Below are positions 23,428 to 36,380 of a DNA stretch of 64,000 nucleotides, one piece after another (within the stretch, counting starts at the first letter, position 1; each line of letters begins with the position of its first letter). A model generated the notes under the pieces. The model ran no database searches. It was not told the origin of the DNA and saw only the letters and a program-made list of their open reading frames with translations. The translations under genes and the position numbers were made by a program. The DNA is from Eledone cirrhosa (Eukaryota): assembly GCA_964016885.1 (NCBI GenBank), contig OZ024755.1, positions 37,262,001 to 37,326,000 of the forward strand, in the 5' to 3' direction.

Positions 23428-23879
23428 TAGCAGAGCAGCAGCAGCAGCTGTAGTGGTGGTAGTTGTGTTTTTTCGCACAGAACAAAATTTATTTTAGGGA
23501 GAGGGAGATTTTCTGTAAATATTGGTGTGTATCTCAATTGTGTTAATGGACTGGTCAAGAGTTCAGATGTGGGTGGTGAAGAGGGGACATGTAAGCTAGA
23601 TATAAATTCTATGGGTGAGGGAGGTAATGGGATTGGCAAAAGGAGGGTTGCAAAAGAAATTCTATTTTTTGGAATATGGTTTCAGTGAACATATTGATAT
23701 ATTAATTACTCATCGCAGATTCATAAGAGTTACTATAATCTAACTACATATAATTCGCTTTCTCTTATAAAATATTTATACATTTATAGCTTAAAAGGTA
23801 TCAGCGTCTTCATAGCTATAATTCTTCGTACCTTGATATATGAGAACATGTGGTGAATAAATAAATATATTTTATATAT

Positions 23880-24060
23880 TGGCAGTATCGGTAGAGGGTC
23901 AGACGCCATGCTATGACGCATAGAGTTACAGCCCTTGCCATTCTGAGTTCAAATCCCGCCGAGGTTAGCTTTGCCTCTCATCCTTACGGGGTCGATAAAA
24001 TAAAGTACCAGTAATGCACTGGGTTTTTGCTGGCCTTGAGCCAAATTTAGAAACAATTAT
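23880..24060 (+). mobile_element. tRNA-derived SINE family 1
   Basis: Homologous to 13797-13985. Confidence 0.9.
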
Positions 24061-24354
24061 ATACGGATTCTGAAGATTTCTATAGAAAAGAATTATATGC
24101 TACATCCGTTGTAGTTGAATGAAACATATGTAAATTAGGTAGTAACATATGATTACGCCGTATTTGACTAAGTAGAATTAGTCTGTTAGTAGTAGTAGTA
24201 GTTGGCGAAGGAGAAGGAAAAGAAAAGGTAAAGCAAAAAAGAAGAAAAAGAAGGGGAAGAAGAAGAAAGTGATGGTGTAGGTGATGGTGTTAGTGGAGTT
24301 AGAGTTGTTATTAGTGGTTGTCCCTGTTGTTGACAATAAACAGGAAGAGGTGTA

Positions 24355-24600
24355 AATATGAAAGTACACTCTTGACAGGTGCAATGAGTCCGAACGTGGA
24401 AGAGCCGAACTTCCACTGTCATCGCCCCCATCTCTCTCGCCCTCCCCATCTCTCTGTATAGGGAGCAAATGAGGTCGAACATGCTGGCCGTCCCACAGCC
24501 CCGGGGGACAGAATGGAGAAGGCGTTTCCCCGAAGGATGGTAAGGGAGATGCGCTGAAAGAGCCATTCCTTCTCGCGAGGCTCACACCTGATGCTGGCCA
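24355..24600 (-). mobile_element. CRE-like non-LTR 3' fragment
   Basis: EPREKEWLFQRISLTILRGNAFSILS; 3'UTR shared with 3148-3400 and about 62281-62355. Confidence 0.68.
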
Positions 24601-24843
24601 GTTGGGGTTTTAAAAAACCCTCTGAATGGAAAAAAAAGGATAAGTATTGCTGTACATGGGACACGCATCCCAAATAACAGAGTAATTGTATTGAGTCAAA
24701 TACGGCTTAGGCACATGGTACTACCTAATTTTCAAATTCGCTAGCTGTTTCTAAACAAAGCCTGATCTGTGTCTCCCTACATTAGTAAAACTCAATTAAT
24801 CGATGCATTAATGTATTGAACCTCGGTGATTTTTTCATTCATA

Positions 24844-24904
<61 letters not shown>

Positions 24905-25096
24905 GTCTATCTATCTATCTATCTATCTATATATATATATGGAGGTAGTTATAGTTCACTTGAAGCATTGTGTAATGAGGGTATAAACGTTTTTATTTGT
25001 AAAGCCAAAACAATGCAGGTATGGATATAGAATATAAATGTAAATGCAAAAGATATTGTTGACAATTAGTCTTTTACCTTAAATTTATTTAAATAT

Positions 25097-25131
25097 CCTT
25101 AATTTTCGAGATAATATCTCCTCTTCGGAGG
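25097..25131 (-). ncRNA. Minimal hammerhead motif with CCGAAGA core
   Basis: Minus strand: CCT-CCGAAGA-G-GAGAT ATT ATCTC-GAAA-AT-TA-AGG. Confidence 0.55.
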
Positions 25132-25223
25132 GAAGTAAAGTTGTTAAACCAGCGTTCTAAATAGCTTGCCAAGCTGGTTATAGGAACAGGAAGGACCTTC
25201 CTGTTCCTATAACCATGCACATC

Positions 25224-25263
25224 CCGAGCTGAAGATCCGCTAAGGTGAAACAATTGTTCTCGG
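25224..25263 (+). ncRNA. Minimal type-I hammerhead ribozyme
   Basis: CCGAG-CTGAAGA-TCC GCTAA GGT-GAAA-CAATTG-TT-CTCGG: perfect 5-bp stem I, distal ACCAT/ATGGT pairing and palindromic stem III. Confidence 0.82.
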
Positions 25264-25391
25264 TATGGTGAACTAACTGTTGTGTAACCACTTATATATA
25301 TATATTATTTGAAGTGTTTCCGTAGGAAAGGTAAAGGAAAAGAGAGTGCTCTATGTAGGCTACAGACCTTGTTAGTTATGTAATAAACAAC

Positions 25392-25466
<75 letters not shown>

Positions 25467-25590
25467 TTAATATTGATTGTTTATATTAAAAGTCTGAAAA
25501 TATTTTTATACATCTTACAATAATATTTATAAGATCATTTATAAGATAATTATATAATCTAATTACATTACAACGATAATTTATTATCAA

Positions 25591-25736
25591 CTAGCAGAAT
25601 GGCCCGGCGCTGCTCGGGATTTGCTCTAGGGTTCTTATATATTTGATATATATTTATCCTTATCGAGCCTCGTGAAATAAATACGTTTGTTTATATTTTG
25701 TTATTGTGTATGCAAAAATATCTGTCCATGAATATA

Positions 25737-25774
<38 letters not shown>

Positions 25775-26465
25775 TAACAGACTAAAGTTTAAGCAAAGAA
25801 TCACTGCTTTCACACTTAACCGGATCTTCTGAAACTAAAAAAATCAATCTGTGAACGCAGAAAATGAATCGCTGCTTTCACTCTTAACGGGATATTCTAC
25901 CTAAAAGCAGTATGAAGTACATACACTGAGACTAATTGATGTAATCTTTGACCTTGTTTGTTTATATTTTGTTTTTGTGTATGCAAAAATATCTGTACAC
26001 GAATATCTATATTAAAATAACATATTAAGGTTTAAGCAAAGAATCGCTGCTTTCAACCTTAACGGGATCTTCTTAAATTAAAAAAATCAATCTGGAAAAC
26101 AGGAAGACGATACTTTGGTTCGTGAAGACGTTCCCTGGCATAAGAATTTATACACACACACACACTGATCGCGTCATAATCACCTAATGCAGACAGTCAG
26201 GCATACAGAGAGATATTATGAAGGCGCGACGTCATATCTATGTATCTATCTAAAAAGAGAAAGACTAAGAGAAAGAGAAAGAGATTGCTAAATCGCCTAA
26301 TGCGGTCCCTAGGGATTTGAAAATTTGAAATTATTTTGCTCAGAACACTCAATAGGACCATAAGTATTACATGTGTAAAGTTTGAAAAAAAAAAACGGGT
26401 GGGTACTTCTCGAGTTTTAGGGAACCAGACACACAGACAGACATCCTCTGTTTTATATATATAGA
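25591..26465 (-). mobile_element. Non-autonomous Helitron
   Basis: Minus strand starts A|TCTATATATATAAAA and ends with a CCCGAGCAGCGCCGGG hairpin plus CTAG|T; no TSD; carries an internal duplication. Confidence 0.8.
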
Positions 26466-26519
26466 TATATATCATGTTTAACTAGAGTTATTACAAGCCT
26501 TGCCTTAAAAAAATATTAA

Positions 26520-26966
26520 ACTAGACCTGAAAAATGCGTAAGCTCAAAAGAGCCACAGAATGTTATAATAAACCTTCAAAAGTGTGGGACTAGAGTTGTT
26601 GCTCAAAAATATTGTAATTATTATCTATCGTACACTCTGTGGCATCCTTTTATAAAAAAGAGACTCATAACGAACTCAAGACGACACGATAATTATTTAA
26701 GTGAATTTATAATATAGAATTCGGTTTAAATGGATTTCGTATTAATCATTGCTAAACATCTAATATGAGATATTGAACATTAGCTTAAATAATTATCGTG
26801 TCGTCTTGAGTTCGTTATGAGTCTCTTTTTTATAAAAGGATGCCACAGAGTGTACGATAGATAATGATTACAATATTTTTGAGCAACAACTCTAGTCCCA
26901 CACTTTTGAAGGTTTATTATAACATTCTGTGGCTCTTTTGAGCTTGAGCAATTTTTCAGGTCTAGT
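26520..26966. mobile_element. Fold-back/MITE with ~182-bp inverted arms
   Basis: 26520-26701 is the reverse complement of 26784-26966 with few mismatches; spacer about 82 bp. Confidence 0.85.
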
Positions 26967-27381
26967 ATATATATATATATTATCCTGAGTTGGTTTTCTC
27001 GTTGCTTTGGTCCTTGCAGCTGCTTACCGGTTGCAATCTTCAATTTGCCAAGCTGTCTATACGTAATGTTATTACTCTAAGGTAAAATACCTTACTGAGT
27101 GCTTAGCTGCACATTCCGATTGCATTCGTTAGCTTAGCTGCAGCCAGAGCTTCGATTATGCTGAACTTCCATTTGTATATATATACATACGGGATAACAA
27201 ATTATTGTTATAGGTAGTCCACTTAGATGTAGTCCAGTTAGGGTACTCCGAGTAGTGGATAGTATTAACGCTTGGCAACAAGACGTTTCCATAGTGATGC
27301 TGCGAGTACACGGTGATTTCTATGTAGTTTATACTTGGAGTAATAATATGGTTTGCTATATAATAAGGGCTTTATTCACAT

Positions 27382-27489
27382 TGCTGACAATTGTTTCTCT
27401 GAACTGGTAGGTCTAGAGATCGCTACCCGCCTGTTTTTGCGTCAATCGATCACCAATACTTTGTTATAACCAGTCAATTCATCAGAGCA
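27382..27489 (-). ncRNA. Type-I hammerhead with long stem-II insert
   Basis: Minus strand: TGCT-CTGATGA-ATTGACTGG[insert]CCAGTTCAGA-GAAA-CAATTG-TC-AGCA. Confidence 0.75.
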
Positions 27490-27894
27490 TGCGAGAATGA
27501 AGGAAATACACAGGCATGGCTTCTATATATATAGTAATGGCGTTAAATCAGAACAATAATAACAATACTCAAATAAATTTGCTAGACTGTAAATGATTAA
27601 AATAATCACAACATCAATCTAAGTAAGACATAGAGTATACTGATGACTTTAGCATGTAAAACGAGCTGATACGAAGCAGATGTATGAAATTGAGATGTAA
27701 AATCTGTCATGGGATATATTATATGTAGTGTAGAGATAACCTGGGGCTTGAAACAATGGACCATCTACTTTACTGTAGGTTTGCTGACCGTAAGATTTAT
27801 TTATTATCTGACAGATAAAATATTTTCATTGTAGTGAGGATAATAATTTTTATGTGGTGTAAAGCCATGCCTGTGTATTTCCTTCATTCTCGCA

Positions 27895-28001
27895 TGCTCT
27901 GATGAATTGACTGGTTATAACAAAGTATTGGTGATCGATTGACGTAAAAACAGGCGGGTAGCGATCTCTAGACCTACCAGTTCAGAGAAACAATGTCAGC
28001 A
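27895..28001 (+). ncRNA. Type-I hammerhead with long stem-II insert (second arm; 1-nt deletion in stem III)
   Basis: TGCT-CTGATGA...GAAA-CAATG-TC-AGCA. Confidence 0.68.
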
Positions 28002-28208
28002 ATGTGATTAAAGCCCTTATTGTATAGCAAACCATGTCACTCTTCTTTCTTGATTTATATATATATATTAATAAAAGATTGGAGGCCATATTCAGTTGAT
28101 TCAGATTTATTTAAAACCCCGTTATATATATTTCGCTGAGGACTATCAGACGGCAAAACCTGTAAATACATTGAAAGTTCCTCCTCCCCAAAAATGTGTG
28201 CATATATG

Positions 28209-28243
<35 letters not shown>

Positions 28244-28325
28244 TTATCCCGGGTTCAATCGGGGTTAACCACAGTAAGTAAGGAACTCAATACAAAGCAG
28301 AGTATAAATATTTAATATAGAAATA

Positions 28326-28374
28326 GCTTCTACAGGACTAGAACTGTTTCATTCTGGAGAAATCATCAGAAAGC
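28326..28374 (-). ncRNA. Type-I hammerhead ribozyme (family B, intact)
   Basis: Minus strand: GCTTT-CTGATGA-TTTCTCCAGAAT-GAAA-CAG TTCTAGTC CTG-TA-GAAGC; stem I covaries with the 19563 copy (GATTC/GAATC). Confidence 0.85.
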
Positions 28375-28378
28375 CTCT

Positions 28379-28464
<86 letters not shown>

Positions 28465-30796
28465 ATGCGCGCGCGCACGTGTATGTGTGCTATATAAATG
28501 TATATTTATATCTGTGTGTGTATATATATATTTACAAGCTCAGACACAATTATCAGATGATATTGTGTGTAAATATTGATTATGCTTTGTAAATATATAT
28601 TTTATATCTGTATATAAAGCAAACTTGGTCATTTCTTGCCGTTGTAGTTTATGTTGCATGAAAACTTAGTTTGAAGAGAAGTTTTTACGATATTATAGAC
28701 TGCATAGAAACTAACATTTCAGTGGAAGCATTAGGATTACTTCTTACTCTGGTAAACAACTACATAAGCAGCTTTTTACTATAAACCACTTACTGTTCTT
28801 CGGATGCAGAAATCAGAATAATCTTTAAAATAAGTGTGAAACTGTGTTAGAAACAACACTTCCCTGTCTTAACGAAACGTCACAAAAGTTGACACGAAAA
28901 TCGTGAATCATAGAATAATCAACGAAAGGAAAATTCCCAAAACCTAGGCGCCTTTGTAGTAAAACGGAAGAAGAGAGAAAAAGATGAAGAAACACTGAAA
29001 TGCATAAAGGAGTGGGAACGGGAGACTAAAGGAGCGAAGAGAATGTGACAAAAACTATAACGTTTTCTTTTTGTCATGCCTTTCTTCTTGGTGTATTTCT
29101 TCTTCAATTCTCTTTAAATGTTCCAATCCTTCTCTTTTTATATTTCCGTTTGTTTGGCCCTTTTTCGCTCTTTTTCCTATCTCTATCTATCTGGAAGGTC
29201 CAGGGTGAGCTAGTTTGATATTGAGGCCCTCTCTTCTGGTGGCTTTGCTTATGGAGTTTATGGATTCCTCGCTGAGATGTGGAATCTTGAAGAAGCAATT
29301 AAAACCTAGGATCAGCAATCGAATGGAAAGAAATGCTCCAGAATGGTTAATTTAAAAGCCCAGATTCCAACATCCTAACGGTCAGTTTCATTCTTTCTTT
29401 CAAATTAAATCTGTGTCCTCACTAGGCAAACACACTTAGACTCATACACACACACACACACATACATATATTGCACACATATTTTCCAGTTTTATTATAT
29501 ACATATTCGCACACATCTTTCACTACATAAACTTATATTCATGCACACGCATACAAACATTCACACACACATATACATTCACACACACACATACATATAT
29601 CATACATTTCACAACGTTCGAAATTTTAACGTCTTTTCATTTCATTTCACTTAAGTCTCCTTCCAAATAAACAAGTCTATCCGATCGATTTTTAAGTCTC
29701 TTATAGATTACACCCTTGATAATGGGTTTTGAACGCAGAACGTAAAGGGCCGTAATTAAATGCCGCAAAGCATTTATTTCTGATGTTCTAAGGTTTCTGC
29801 CAATTCGCCACTCTAATGATGAAAATGATAATGACGATAATGTTCGGAAGAAAGAGAGTGGCGACGATGATGGATTATGATTGTGAAAAAAAAGAGGAGG
29901 AGGATGATGGTGATCTTAGCGGTATTGATGAGGAGGGGGGTGATTATGATAGTGGAGGAGGTGGAAGACAATATGAGGGGGGAAGAGTGTATAAGAGCGA
30001 TGATTTAGTAAAGCTTTTAACTCATAATATAGGAGAAAACCTCATCGAATGTGATCATTATTTAAAATATCCATAGCTTGAAGGCAAATATTAAAAACAT
30101 GGAGAAACTGAATGAAAAACAAATGAAAAAGCCATAAATAATTAAACACAAACAGTATCAACAACAAGAAAGAAAGAATGGAAGAACTATCAATAAAACT
30201 ACACACTAGGGGGAGGCATGCATGTGGGAAGGTAGAGAAAAACAATAAGGAATGATAATGATAATCTAAAACTGTTTTTTAGATTATTTTCTGTTTTTTT
30301 TTTATTTTTTGACGTTCAGCTACAAAACCCAACAACCAAAAGAAGTTCCTCTCCTCTCCCCTTCCAGAAAAGCAAGCATACATACACACACAGATGTGAA
30401 GATGTAACTTCATTCTTTGCTTAAGTCTTCTATGGCCGAGATATCATTGTATGACATAATCGACGTGTCAGATACGTCGCAAGCCAATTATATCGATGGG
30501 GGAGAGAAAAAAACAATTGAAGGCTAAGGCTAAAAACGGGTCGCAGCCAGCTGAAAGTTTGAACGTACTACGGGTAGGCAGAGGGCCCGTCAAAAAACCA
30601 AACGCCTACACAAACTTTACCAATAAGAATACCACCATCAACGCAACAATAGCAACGATAACAAAAACATCCTCTCCCTTAAATACACTAATGACAAAAA
30701 ACAAGAAAATACACTCATAACAACAATAAATACTGTTAGACAATAAAGTATCAACAATAACAACAACAAAAGTAACACAATTTCGTTCATATAATA

Positions 30797-31028
30797 AGTG
30801 TTTCTACTTTTAGCACAAGGCCAGCAATTACCCCAGTGCATTACTGGTACTTTATTTTATCGACCCCCTTAAGCATAAAAGGCAAAGTTAACCTCAGCGT
30901 GATTTGAACTCAGATCATAAAGGGGCCGTAACTCTATGCTGCAAAGCATGGTGTCTGACGCTCTACTGACAGAACTTCTGCAAAGCATGACGTCAGACCT
31001 TCTACCGATACTGCTAATCCACCACCCT
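30797..31028 (-). mobile_element. tRNA-derived SINE family 1 (duplicated head segment)
   Basis: Reverse complement of the family 1 consensus. Confidence 0.85.
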
Positions 31029-31358
31029 TCATATAATTACGAATGTTCATTGGCTTCACTATTGTAAATAGAAACGATAATGCACAACACTTTAAAAACT
31101 GAAAACTTTGAGTAGCTCCGCATAAAACCTTTTTCAAGCAGATTATCGCTGAAGATATCAATAGTCATCTGTAAAGGGTTGAACGAAGAATTTCAAGAGT
31201 GGATAAGCTTTACGTGGAGGAGGGGCTCAGAGGAAAATCGTCCACCCTACACCGAAAACGTAGTACAACCTGGTTTCTTCAGAGGTTGATAGAATCATTC
31301 CGAAGAAAGTTCTGTATTTAGTGCTAATACGATAGTGAAATGATATTTTAAAATAAAA

Positions 31359-31642
31359 TCCTGCCAAATCAATGGGTGGCAGTAGTTCCAGCTGCACACA
31401 TCAAAAGACTGGTGTAGTGGTTCTGAGAACAATGCGGCTTTGCAGATGATCAATGTAAATTGACAATGGAAAGGTACTCCCGCTTGAGTTAGAAGATAAC
31501 TATTGACCTTCAGGAGAAGCAGTGACCCCTGGTTGTATTCAGCAACCGAAACAAATATGAAGTACACCAAATCCAATGCTATTAGGGGCGGCCCTGGTTC
31601 TTCTTATTTGCGAGTGTAAACTCGGCCAGATTAGATTAGATT
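31359..31642 (+). mobile_element. (GATTA)n-tailed retroposon copy
   Basis: Homologous to 18881-19162. Confidence 0.85.
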
Positions 31643-32344
31643 GTGTAGTTTTAGACGCTAGGAGATAATGTTACTGGAGAATGCACATAATTTCAAGCAT
31701 TCGCCGATACGGACCACAATTTTGGGGTCAGCAGGATCAACAGAGATAGGGATGTACAGGAAAGAGTACAAAATTCTCTCTTCCAGGCAGAATTTTGCAA
31801 ATTTATAGCAGCTCTTTGTTCAACGTTTCGCGGCAAGCAAGGTTGTTGCAACCGGTGTTGTTGCAACCAGCTCTAAACTTGTGAACTCCCAATTATATAT
31901 TAGTATCACTGTTGATGAATGATCTGATTAAGGGCCAAATTATCATTAATTTCAAGCCCATAACACTTCAGTGTGCTAAAGTAAATATTTTCAGCATTGT
32001 ATAAGCAAAGAGTCTCGTTCTTGGCGTTGGTAAGGTGGGCGGTAACATCAATCCACCATAACTTTAACTAAATGCGATACCTCATGGAGAAGGTCGATAG
32101 CAAAGCTGGTTTTGATTGACTCCTGATCAATTTGAATCAATCCAATTATATAGATATGATTGACCCATCGTTAAATGCGGCTCCCCTCGATGCAATAAAC
32201 TTCGATTCTGTTTTTAAAGCAGAGCTGTTTCAATACACAGAGACATCTGCTCAATGGAAAAACCAATCGGTCACCGTTCAGATGCCCTCTTATATCACGT
32301 CTGCAAAAACTGGAGGTGTTGAGTGGCACCCCATTCCAACTATA

Positions 32345-32545
32345 AGGCGGTGGATTTGCAGTATTTGTAGAACGTCGGACAACGTTATGGCCCTTTATGT
32401 TCTGTGCTCAAACCCCTATGAGGTTATCTTTGCCTTTCATCCTTACAGGGTTGATAAAATAAAGCACCAGTAATGCACTAGAGTCAATTCAATAAACTTA
32501 CCCCTTCCCTTCAAGTTTCTGGCTTATTGCCAACTGTAGAAACAT
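32345..32545 (+). mobile_element. Diverged SINE family 1 copy
   Basis: GGCGGTGGATTTGCAGTATTTGTAG...TGCCTTTCATCCTTACAGGGTTGATAAAATAAAG. Confidence 0.75.
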
Positions 32546-32664
32546 TTATACTTTACCAACTATTCAATGTAATGTATGTTTTCGGTAATAATGTTTAAAT
32601 TGTCCCTATAACGTTTTTCAGTTCATCCATCATTTTTCTATGACTAGTTTGCTCTACTCCCCAC

Positions 32665-33125
32665 ATCATCATCATTTTACGCCCGCTTTTCCCTGCTTGC
32701 AAGGGTAGGACAGGTCCTATTCAGCACATCATCTCTCCACTTGTCCCGGTCCTTCGTCATCTCCTACGTGAGCTTCAGCGATCGGAGGTCAGCTCTTACC
32801 ACCTCCGCTCATGTTTTTCGTCGTCTTCCTCTACTGCGTCTTCCTTCTACTGGGATTTCTTGGCACTTCTTTACCCAGCTGTCACCCTCCATGCGCATCA
32901 CATGTCTTCTTTGCCGCACACTACAGCCTATCCCTCTTATACACAGTTTCACTGAAAACTCATCCATCCTTGGTCGTTCACACACATTGACATTGCACAT
33001 CCATCAGAGTGTGCTTGCTTCATTTCTCTCCAGCCTTCGCATATCCTCCACAGTTGCTGCCCATGTCTCACTACCATGCAGCATCACGCATCTCAGACAG
33101 GCATCATATAAAACCCCTTTGAGGG
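32665..33125 (-). mobile_element. RTE LINE 3' fragment (second family), (ATG)n tail
   Basis: HVMRMEGDSWVKKCQEIPVEGRRSRGRRRKT; CATCATCATCAT at the left end. Confidence 0.85.
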
Positions 33126-34419
33126 CATTCTATGTATTCATGGTGTAGGTAGTTTTCCTTAATCAATAAAATAAATCATTACTATTGCTTCTTGAGTGTT
33201 TGAAATGTATTTCACCATTCCTTTGCTTTATAAAACACCTTGTTTATTACTTTATATTATTGTTTGATATTTTATTACGAAACTGATAACGTAATAGGGA
33301 CGTCAGCTGTTGTTTGTGTTACCTTTAAGAGGGTGTTATTTGTTTCTAATTACACATCAAACATATATATTGAAAAAAAAACAGGCAGCTACAGTTGTGG
33401 ATCTAAATAAAAAAAGAGTTGACACATATGGCAACTGGGAAAAGGGATGAATTGTGTAAAAAAATCGTCATGGGAAAACAAGCACGCAACGTTGATGAGA
33501 TCGTCACAAAACTCACAGATTCTCTAATAACATTACAGCTATCATCAGTACCACAATCAATTACACAGGCTATCATAGCACTTCACTGTTTCTACAACTG
33601 GCACTTGTATTAGGAAAAGACGCGGTAGCAGTAGCAACGAAGAGCATGGCACCTCCCCTATCGCTTTGTTCAGGGCGAGCAGTATGAAACAATTGTGGCC
33701 GTCATCACCAACATCAACGTTGAAAGCGATAGCAACGCTACATACACCAGCAACACAGCCACCATGTCTTCCCTCGCCTACATTAACAGCAGCAAATTCT
33801 ACACCACTCTTTCTACCAGAATACCTAAAATTTACATAAGTATTGCATCATCCGGTTGGTTTTGGTTTATTTAGTTTTGCCTCTGGTAAGGTTAACAATT
33901 TGACCCTTAAGAAGCAAACCCAAAACGGAACAATAAAATACAGGTGCATGAGTCGAAACGAGAAAATGATGGATAACCCACTTCCAGTGCAGAGCAAAAA
34001 CATCTACAGGCTTTAGTGACAGTACGCTCGTGGGGTAATCATAACGTCAGCAAGGTATACGTTTATGTCAAGTAATTATGGGTAATTCCCAAACTTTCTT
34101 GGCACGAGAGTGTGATCGGTTTTGGAAACACCTACAGGCGTGGCAGTGTGACCAACTTGATGTGTCAGGCATGCGTATATTGTGATGAAATTGTATAGCG
34201 TGCACACTTTCACTGACTGAATAAGAACTATAATCTTGTGACATGACAAATGATGACTATTTGCTAGCCTCTTAAGCCCTGAAATTATGTGTCGCAACAT
34301 CCTACCTTCAAATCCCGTCTGAATCGATTTTACATTTCATTTCACCACGATTATGAGTATAAATGTTATTGTAAGGTCGAAGTAATAGATTATATTCCTC
34401 CCCGACTTGCGCCGAATTG

Positions 34420-34890
34420 TGAAACAAACTCTTATCTATATTTTTTCACATCCTTACTGCTGAGGGTCGGCGACCATAGACAATAGTACCAATGCTAATC
34501 TATATGATGATTCGTTCTAGTCGCTAACTCCTCCATTTGCAGACTCCGCATCAACATAAGTCCAGTCATCGTTTTGGCTGCCGGCCTCTGCTTCTCTTAC
34601 CAGCCAACTTTCCATCTAGGCATAACCTACTCACACCACGAGTTGATCTTTTTATATGGCCGTATAGTTTAAGCACTGTTGAACTGACAATAGATGTAAT
34701 TAGTCTATGTCTGGTAATGTTGAGCAGCTCACTGATACAGATACGGTCGCTAAGCTCCTTGCCAGTCATAAGTCTCATGATGTGGTTCTGGAATATAGAG
34801 AGCTTCTGAAGTGACCTTGTCGTCCAATTAACACAGCCAAGACCATATAACACAAGTGGTAGGATCTAAGTATCAAAGATCTTAGCCTTT
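34420..34890 (-). mobile_element. RTE-like LINE 3' fragment (third family)
   Basis: LYGLGCVNW...LKLYGHIKR...DGKLAGKRSRGRQPKR; the 3' region recurs at about 39918-40510. Confidence 0.8.
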
Positions 34891-36306
34891 AAATGATTAA
34901 ATGATAGGAAACTGGTTTTGATGTTATATGATGATGTATGTCCATAATTCTCCACGGGAAAAAAGATGGTGTCGGTGGGTTCCAAATTCTCGTCCCATCA
35001 TTATTGGGGAGCTGGCTCCCGAGGCGAAGCACATCCGCCTTCAACACAAAGATGAAGTGATTGGACAATTGGAAGGTTGTCACCAAGTTGACTAACGAGT
35101 CACATGAAGCACTTTGAAATCAGTGATCAGCCAAGGCTAACCAGTTCTGGCTACACGTTTTCTTTTGTTGTTTTTACACACTATTGAATGACCGGTGATA
35201 CTCCTGAATGTTTCTCACTTCTACTGGATTTTGTTTTTCATCCTGCTACATGTCCATAAATCAAAGTTGGTGTAGCTGCCGGTTTAGTCGCCGACGGCTC
35301 ACCTCTTCTATTCGGTTTAATTTTAAGACATGAAAATTGAGAAAGTGTAATTGAGCTGACAAAGAAAGCTGTGCAGCAAATATTTGTTTGAGAACAAAAG
35401 ATAATGGTTAAAATATACAAAGGATGTTTGAGTTTCAAGCAATGATTTCATATATTTCAAATTATATTTTTTCAAACATCAAAATCTAACCTTTCTGACA
35501 TGTTTTAAAATTTTCTGTAAAAAGAAAATAAATACATCTTTTATATTTATTTTTTAAAGTCTGTGGAGAACTCTTTTATTTGCTTATTTGTTATATATTT
35601 CATTTAGAATTTGTTAGTGAAAATAAAAAAAATAAAATAAAACAGCACAATTACCGACTCGAACAAGTCGATAGAATGGAATCCCGATAGTGAAGAATCA
35701 CGTTTTTATGACAAATAACATTTATTTTTTATTTTTTAAAAATCCTCATCAATAGCGACATATTGATTATCGCGTTCTCAGAATACGGCATTGAATAAAA
35801 ACAAACTACATTTAACGGTGTTTTTGTGTATAGAAAGAGGGCTAGCAAATTTGTTTCTGTTTTCGAAGCATTGAAATTTCGAAGTTCAAAATAGAATATT
35901 TCTAAGACGAAAGTAGAATAGCGATGATTGCACGAAAGATAAATAGAGCAAGAATTTAGAATAAGGCAATATTTTGTTTTGGTATGTTTTCTGGATTTTG
36001 TTTTTTAGTGTAAGCGATACTATTTTGTTTTGTAATTTATGGGAAAAAAGTTCAGCAATATAATATGATCCCCAACGGTGGCTACATGCTCGGGATTCAA
36101 TATGAACGTCAGGATTCTTTTCAATATCGAATGTTAACAGGAAATCAATGCGCGTTGTGCTTGTTTTCACAACAATTGTCCTCAACGGACCTTTAAAATG
36201 CTAAAGAGTTAGTTTTTGCTGGCATTAATTCACAGCCTACGTCTGAAACAATTTTGCGAAAACTAAATTTATTTCGTGTGGAATATGATCAATAAAGCTT
36301 TTTTAT

Positions 36307-36380
<74 letters not shown>

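Larger units (their letters stand above)
27348..28036. mobile_element. Inverted pair of ~175-bp hammerhead-containing pLTR-like repeats around a ~340-bp spacer
   Basis: 27348-27522 is the reverse complement of 27862-28036; each arm contains a hammerhead. Confidence 0.82.

Noticed and set aside
28130-28170. CTGAGGA...CAAAACCTGTA hammerhead-like stretch
   Set aside because: GAAA is replaced by CAAAA and the stems pair poorly; at best a decayed copy.
34900-35100. Possible mariner/Tc1 transposase remnant (WNPPTPSFFPW)
   Set aside because: Resemblance to the SPDLxPxDFFLW motif is too weak to support without a profile search.
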